A stretch of 47,470 bases of DNA from a virus, in the IMG/VR virus record IMGVR_UViG_3300045988_167502. One strand, written 5' to 3'. This document shows positions 42,903 through 47,470 of this stretch, piece by piece. The translations under genes were made by a program, and so were the position numbers. How positions within the stretch are numbered: the first letter of the stretch is position 1; each line of letters begins with the position of its first letter. Under the pieces are notes generated by a model that searched no databases, was not told the origin of the DNA, and was given only the letters and a program-made list of their open reading frames with translations.

Positions 42903-43026
42903 TCTTCTGTATATTTAATTGTTAATTATTATTCTTAAAGAAAGTGCCGTGCGTTGTTGTGATGAATTATGTACAGATTTAAGGATAACACGACACTTTT
43001 CTACGTGTATGAATTAATTAAATGAT

Positions 43027-43251
43027 TTATTCTTCTCTTAATAGGTAGTCGGTGGCTGCTTTTTTAGTATCGAATATTTCGCCCTCATCAAAGTTGTTAT
43101 ACTCGCCACTCTCGAACTTCAGCCCGTAGGATATTTGCTTATTTTTCTCCCACGCTTCTACCATTATACACTCTACCTTTGCAAGGGCTATCTTGTTGCC
43201 ACATATAGTATATACATTGTTACCGATATCGTATTTAATCTGTAATTTCAT
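43027..43251 (-). CDS. hypothetical protein
   Basis: 74-aa ORF. Confidence 0.45.
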   Translation of the reverse strand: MKLQIKYDIGNNVYTICGNKIALAKVECIMVEAWEKNKQISYGLKFESGEYNNFDEGEIFDTKKAATDYLLREE

Positions 43252-43263
43252 AGTGGTAAGAAT

Positions 43264-43872
43264 TTAAAGTGTTAAACTGTGCCAATCATTAGTAAGGTTA
43301 TCCATATTATGAGCGTACGCCATTGCTCTTTCAGTTTCGTAGTAATCAGCTCTGCGCTCTTCTTCTGCTTCTTTATCAAGCCTCTGATACTCTTCATTGA
43401 GCAAGTCTGTTAGTACTTCTATTTGCTCATTTGAAAATTGCAAATCGTAATACTCGCCCTTGTACAATACATAACTCTCATTGTACACTATCTGAATAGT
43501 TGAGCGGTGAGTACCCTTATCAAACACCCACGCACCTCGTATGGATAACTCATATACCCCGTGCTTAGCCTCGATACCAAACTCATCAATATTACTATCT
43601 TCAATGCTGTGTATCTTGCTCACTAAGCAATCAAACATTGCCTTGCTTACCTTACCACTGGGGGTGTAATTCTCTTTTGTCATTGTAAAAACATTTACAG
43701 GAAGTCTGCGTTTCTTACTGCCTCGCACCACGTGCAGAGCCTCGTTAAACGCCTCTTTTTCAAACGGCACGCACTCTTCATAACGCTTGCCGTTCATCGT
43801 TACATAGCCACCAATTAGAAGAATTTGGCTATTTTGTTTTGCTGTTTCCATTTTTTGTTGTAATTTTGCCAT
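43264..43872 (-). CDS. hypothetical protein
   Basis: 202-aa ORF. Confidence 0.5.
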   Translation of the reverse strand: MAKLQQKMETAKQNSQILLIGGYVTMNGKRYEECVPFEKEAFNEALHVVRGSKKRRLPVNVFTMTKENYTPSGKVSKAMFDCLVSKIHSIEDSNIDEFGIEAKHGVYELSIRGAWVFDKGTHRSTIQIVYNESYVLYKGEYYDLQFSNEQIEVLTDLLNEEYQRLDKEAEEERRADYYETERAMAYAHNMDNLTNDWHSLTL

Positions 43873-43941
43873 CGTAAAAAATTTTTAGAATTATTAAATT
43901 AATATTTAGTTAAGGCGACGCTGTGAAGTGTCGCTTTTTTG

Positions 43942-44181
43942 TTAGCTGTTTTGTCGGTAGCGTTCGCACTCGGCAAAGAATTGAGCCTCATACTTTGATA
44001 TATCTACCACTTTCTTTTGTCTTTTAGAAGACGGCTTGCTACCTTCCACAATAGCAAGCTCGTCATTGGTACGAATAATCTCATTTGTGAGAGTTCTTAT
44101 TGTTGATTCAAGACATAGCTTTGTAGTCTCTAATTCTTTTATCTTACTCTTTAATTGTCGTATGTGCTGTTGCTTGTTCAT
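43942..44181 (-). CDS. hypothetical coiled-coil protein
   Basis: 79-aa ORF. Confidence 0.45.
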   Translation of the reverse strand: MNKQQHIRQLKSKIKELETTKLCLESTIRTLTNEIIRTNDELAIVEGSKPSSKRQKKVVDISKYEAQFFAECERYRQNS

Positions 44182-44425
44182 ATCTCAACGTTCTATACTT
44201 ACTAAGTAGTGTTTCTTTTTCTTCTTCACTTTCAAACTCGAACAAATCATCTATATTGTCGGTTTGAACGAATTTCTTTAAAGGGATGTAATTTTCTATC
44301 TTCAAAAACATATAAGGACGCCTATACAGCCAGTGGCTAATAGTTACAGGCTGCTTACCCACCTCGATAGAGAAGTCAGCTATACGATTTACAATAATAC
44401 TTCTTGCTTCGCTTGTTAATCTCAT
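44144..44425 (-). CDS. first early gene, possible Cro-like HTH
   Basis: IADFSIEVGKQPVTISHWLYRR is HTH-like. Sits directly downstream of the operator and promoter. Confidence 0.3.
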   Translation of the reverse strand: MRLTSEARSIIVNRIADFSIEVGKQPVTISHWLYRRPYMFLKIENYIPLKKFVQTDNIDDLFEFESEEEKETLLSKYRTLRYEQATAHTTIKE

Positions 44426-44434
44426 ATTATTTAT

Positions 44435-44442
44435 TACTTTTG
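44435..44442 (+). promoter_or_regulatory. -7 box TACTTTTG facing the DUF4041/T5orf172 gene
   Basis: The only consensus match upstream of 44580. Confidence 0.4.
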
Positions 44443-44443
44443 C

Positions 44444-44461
44444 AACGTTAATTCTAACGTT
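44444..44461. promoter_or_regulatory. palindromic operator candidate AACGTTA-ATTC-TAACGTT
   Basis: Perfect inverted repeat between back-to-back -7 boxes (44435..44442 plus strand, 44476..44483 minus strand). Confidence 0.55.
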
Positions 44462-44475
44462 TTAGTTTTACGGTG

Positions 44476-44483
44476 CAAAGATA
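44476..44483 (-). promoter_or_regulatory. -7 box (reverse complement TATCTTTG), early leftward promoter
   Basis: Consensus match 51 nt upstream of the start at 44425. Confidence 0.55.
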
Positions 44484-44579
44484 CAAACATTTACTAACAT
44501 AACAAATATTTTTTACAAAAATGTTAGTTTTTATTTGTTATATTTTTTTTAATTAATTGATTTTTAAATAAATAGAAAT

Positions 44580-45950
44580 ATGAGTTTTTTTGATTTTTTG
44601 AAGAAAAAAGAGTTAGAAAGAATAAAATACTTAGAAAATAAGGTGAAAGATTTAGAAACCCAAACCGATTATTTGTCTAAATCTCTAACAAAGTATTCTC
44701 CATTAATAGATTTAGAAAGGGAAGCTCAGAAATTGCAGGATGATATAAATAAGATAGAGAAAGATAAAATATTAATTCTAAATCAATATGAACAACTAAA
44801 AAAACAATACCAAACGGCTCTTGTAACTTATGAGGAATTAAAAAAGAAAATAAGTGTATTTGAAGAAGACTTAGAAATGGCAGAGTATGGAGTTTATCAA
44901 CCTCACTTCAGTTTTGATACTTCTGAGGAGTATAAACAGAAAATACTTTTTTATAGGAATGAGGCTAAAGCTATGATAAAAGAGGATACTGCTGTAAACG
45001 GTGGTCATAATATCACTTGGAATGGTAGCCTTTCAAAAGGACAAGCTATGGTGAAAAGGGAAAAACAACTGATGTTGCGCGCTTTTAACGGCGAAACAGA
45101 TAGTTTTATAGCTAATGTAGATTGGAATAATATTCTAAAACTGGAAGAGCGATTGAATAAATCATTTGAAGCTATAAATAAGGTATATAAGGAACAAGGA
45201 TTAGCTATTTCTGAAGCGTATAAAAGTTATAAAGTATGGGAACTACAACTAACTTATGAATATAAAAAGAAGTTACAAGAAGAACGGGAAGAACAAAGGG
45301 CTATTCGAGAACAAATGAGAGAGGAGGAACGTGCTGAAAAAGAACTTGAAGCAGCAAGAATAAAGGCTGAAAAAGAGGAAATTATGTATATAAAAGCCCT
45401 CGAAAAGGCACGTAAAGAAGTAGGAACTGCCATAGGCAAAAAACAAGAGGAATTATTACAAAGAATAGCGGAACTTGAGGCTGGGCTTTCAGGGGTTGAA
45501 ACCTTGAAACAAAAAGCTATATCAATGGCACAGCAAACAAAAATGGGTTATGTTTATGTAATTTCTAATATAGGTGCTTTTGGTGATGATGTATATAAAA
45601 TAGGGATGACACGTAGGATTGAACCTACAGACAGAGTAAAAGAACTTGGTGATGCAAGTGTCCCTTTTCCATTTGATATTCACGCTATGATTTTTTCAGA
45701 AAACGCTCCAGAACTTGAAACAAAGCTGCATAACATTTTCGTAGACAATCGAGTGAATATGACTAACTATAAAAGGGAGTTTTTTAATATTTCATTAGAA
45801 CGGATAGAAGAAGAGGCTAAAAAATTAGGCGCAAAGGTAGAATTTACTAAACTTGCAGAAGCAAAAGAATATAGAGAAACACAAGCGTTGAAAAAACAAC
45901 TCTCACATCCAATAAAAGATGAAAAAACAGAGTTTCCTAAAACCATTTAG
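44580..45950 (+). CDS. DUF4041-like plus T5orf172 (GIY-YIG-superfamily) domain protein
   Basis: YGVYQPHFSFDTSEEYK...LRAFNGETDSFIANVDWNN, an E/K/R coiled coil, and a C-terminal GYVYVISN...VYKIGMTRR...RVKELG...PFPFD...KLHN. Confidence 0.75.
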   Translation: MSFFDFLKKKELERIKYLENKVKDLETQTDYLSKSLTKYSPLIDLEREAQKLQDDINKIEKDKILILNQYEQLKKQYQTALVTYEELKKKISVFEEDLEMAEYGVYQPHFSFDTSEEYKQKILFYRNEAKAMIKEDTAVNGGHNITWNGSLSKGQAMVKREKQLMLRAFNGETDSFIANVDWNNILKLEERLNKSFEAINKVYKEQGLAISEAYKSYKVWELQLTYEYKKKLQEEREEQRAIREQMREEERAEKELEAARIKAEKEEIMYIKALEKARKEVGTAIGKKQEELLQRIAELEAGLSGVETLKQKAISMAQQTKMGYVYVISNIGAFGDDVYKIGMTRRIEPTDRVKELGDASVPFPFDIHAMIFSENAPELETKLHNIFVDNRVNMTNYKREFFNISLERIEEEAKKLGAKVEFTKLAEAKEYRETQALKKQLSHPIKDEKTEFPKTI

Positions 45951-46025
45951 AAATATATGGGAAACACTATATTGGGGGAATGATATCTACTTAAAAAATA
46001 ATAGGAAAGATGTAGCAATTTTCTT

Positions 46026-46169
46026 TTAACAGCCTCTTATTAGTTGTACAATTACTAATATAGAAAAAACAATACTAAAAAATGATGCACAAAGTACAAA
46101 TATAACCATTGCTATATTTAGTATCCTTTCTATTTTATCATCATCTATGAACGGTGCTTTATTACTCAT
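46026..46169 (-). CDS. 47-aa single-pass membrane protein MSNKAPFIDDDKIERILNIAMVIFVLCASFFSIVFSILVIVQLIRGC
   Basis: The track start (TTG at 46232) lies upstream of the -7 box at 46198..46205. The ATG at 46169 fits that promoter. Confidence 0.45.
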   Translation of the reverse strand: MSNKAPFIDDDKIERILNIAMVIFVLCASFFSIVFSILVIVQLIRGC

Positions 46170-46197
46170 AACAACGTAATGTTTAATTTTTAAAGTG

Positions 46198-46205
46198 CAA
46201 AGGTA
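46198..46205 (-). promoter_or_regulatory. -7 box (reverse complement TACCTTTG) abutting the repressor ATG
   Basis: Consensus match. Overlaps the first base of the ATG at 46205. Confidence 0.45.
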
Positions 46206-47155
46206 TGGAAAATAATTCAAAAAAACAAACAAATGTTAGTACTGGAAGTTCTAAGAGATTAGAAGAACTATTATTACATTTGAAAATGAGTTATAATAAG
46301 TTTGCGAAGGAAATAGGGCTAAAAGATAATGTTAAAGTCTATCACATAAAAAATGGTAGAAACGAGATAAGTGCCGATTTAGCAAATGCCATTACTGCAA
46401 CTTTCCCTCAAATTAGTTATCAATGGCTTCTTACTGGCAACGGTGAAATGCTCGTACAAAATACTCTTAAAGAAGAACCCGAAGAAGAAGAGGAAACATA
46501 CCTAAGAGCCGAGCGTAACAGATATGCCTTATCCTTGCAACGCATTCAAGAACTCACCAACTTACCTATGAAAAAACTCAAAGCCTACGACAATGGCGAT
46601 GAGAATATACCTGATGATATATTGGAAGCTTTTGAGAACCTTTTTCAGAGGATAGAAAACGAATATAACGAGAGTGAGGAACAAGACGACTCTTTACCAG
46701 TGCTTATAACTGATGATATGGTTTCCAATGTAAAAGTACCTTTCTATGAGGTAGATTTTGCAGGAGGCTTTAATTCCCCTGAAATGTTTTCACAAGTGAA
46801 ACCTTCGTTTGTTATCAGCTCTCCAAGTTTTGCGGGGGCAGACTTCGCTTGTGTGCTCACAGGAAACTCAATGTCAAAACGCATAAAAAGTGGTTCTGTA
46901 ATAGGTCTTAAAGAAATTAAAGAATGGTGGGAGTATTTCCCTACTAATGAAATATACGCCATAGTAACCAAAAATGGGTTACGAACTGTAAAAATTGTAA
47001 AAAGAAGTAAGAAAGAAGGGTATATAGACCTTATACCAGACCCATTACCTGAATTTAATAATCCTTCGTTTGAAATGGAAACTATACGAATGAATTATGT
47101 AATAGGATTTTATCAGGTAATAGCACACGCATTCTATGAAAGAATGGCTTTTTAG
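46205..47155 (+). CDS. CI/LexA-type repressor (phage CI HTH plus S24 peptidase)
   Basis: N-terminal FAKEIGLKDNVKVYHIKNGRNEIS...WLLTGNGEM. C-terminal VDFAGGF (Ala-Gly site), TGNSM (Ser) and VKIVKR (Lys). Confidence 0.8.
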   Translation: MENNSKKQTNVSTGSSKRLEELLLHLKMSYNKFAKEIGLKDNVKVYHIKNGRNEISADLANAITATFPQISYQWLLTGNGEMLVQNTLKEEPEEEEETYLRAERNRYALSLQRIQELTNLPMKKLKAYDNGDENIPDDILEAFENLFQRIENEYNESEEQDDSLPVLITDDMVSNVKVPFYEVDFAGGFNSPEMFSQVKPSFVISSPSFAGADFACVLTGNSMSKRIKSGSVIGLKEIKEWWEYFPTNEIYAIVTKNGLRTVKIVKRSKKEGYIDLIPDPLPEFNNPSFEMETIRMNYVIGFYQVIAHAFYERMAF

Positions 47156-47323
47156 ATAGATTTTAACCAATAAATATTAAAACCAATGGAAATAGAAGTA
47201 GAACTCTCATAGACTCATTAGACGATATATACACCTATAAGGAACGACTATTACATACAATAGAAAATTACGATTAATAAGCGTGTAATGTATTTTCATA
47301 CAATAAGTTATATATGAACTTAC

Positions 47324-47335
47324 CGACAAGGTAAA
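47324..47335 (+). repeat. CGACAAGGTAAA, second copy (attR arm)
   Basis: Exact match to 121..132. Confidence 0.35.
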
Positions 47336-47427
47336 ATATAGACAAAATAGCTAAAATCATACTTTTGACGTTTTAAAAGTCACTGAAAATAAGAATGTTA
47401 TAAAATGAGATTTTTGTCCGTTTCCGT

Positions 47428-47470
47428 TTACGGCTCAGAAGGTTACAGGTTTGAATCCTGTCGAGGTCAC
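47428..47470 (+). repeat. attR core, partial tRNA 3' copy
   Basis: Identical to 1..43. The upstream sequence TCCGT cannot form the anticodon stem, so this copy is not a full tRNA. Confidence 0.9.

Larger units (their letters stand above)
1..47470. mobile_element. integrated temperate prophage (siphovirus-like), attL to attR
   Basis: Direct repeats at both ends, an integrase, a CI-type repressor and full packaging, head, tail, lysis, replication and recombination modules. Confidence 0.9.

Noticed and set aside
43915-43945. Small GCGAC/GTCGC hairpin followed by T6 on the plus strand between minus-strand genes.
   Set aside because: The stem is only 5 bp and the orientation is wrong for the surrounding operon. 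There is no plus-strand promoter nearby, so the evidence is too weak to call.
3174-44173. Isolated AACGTT hexamers, for example near 3174, 9391, 31044, 37266 and 44168.
   Set aside because: A palindromic 6-mer is expected roughly a dozen times in 47 kb by chance. Only the two paired copies with shared flanks (29115..29132, 44444..44461) are treated as sites.
1-47470. CRISPR arrays, IS elements or transposases, rRNA, reverse transcriptase or retron, and restriction endonuclease partners.
   Set aside because: No regularly spaced repeats, no transposase-like ORFs or terminal inverted repeats, and no RT or REase motifs were seen on either strand.

Overview
The window is one complete integrated temperate siphovirus-like prophage. 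It is bounded by identical 43-bp direct repeats (1..43 and 47428..47470) that match the 3' part of a class I tRNA, from anticodon loop to discriminator. The loop reads ACG, so the target is probably tRNA-Arg. All 13 matches I found to the Bacteroidota -7 promoter box TAnnTTTG lie in intergenic gaps upstream of gene blocks, so the host is probably a Bacteroidota (Flavobacteriia-like) bacterium (inference). Layout, left to right: attL; integrase (+); a 3-gene plus-strand accessory cassette; then a long minus-strand block. That block holds tape measure, lysis cassette, tail chaperone with a -1 frameshift, tail tube, connectors, capsid, scaffold, a 320-bp non-coding island, MuF, portal, tail-tip genes, TerL and TerS. 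It continues with ParB-like, PAPS-reductase-like and ASCH-like genes, then an initiator-like tRNA. Next come minus-strand early units: antirepressors, VRR-NUC, Dcm, RecA-like ATPase, replication organiser with iterons, amino-MTase plus SNF2 helicase, YopX, Rha, NinB-like, SSB-like, PD-(D/E)XK nuclease and Sak4-like ATPase. These are interrupted by a plus-strand RHH + P63C pair. The right end carries a plus-strand DUF4041/T5orf172 gene, a small membrane protein, a CI/LexA-type repressor and attR. The best candidates for an accessory or defence system are the DUF4041/T5orf172 gene, the RHH-P63C pair, the integrase-proximal membrane/lipoprotein cassette and the ParB/PAPS-reductase pair. The oddest non-coding signals are the initiator-like tRNA with a non-CAU anticodon loop, two truncated tRNA-like minihelices, and a plus-strand promoter/terminator island inside the head gene cluster. 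All domain calls come from motif recognition by eye. No database search was run, so novelty cannot be asserted.
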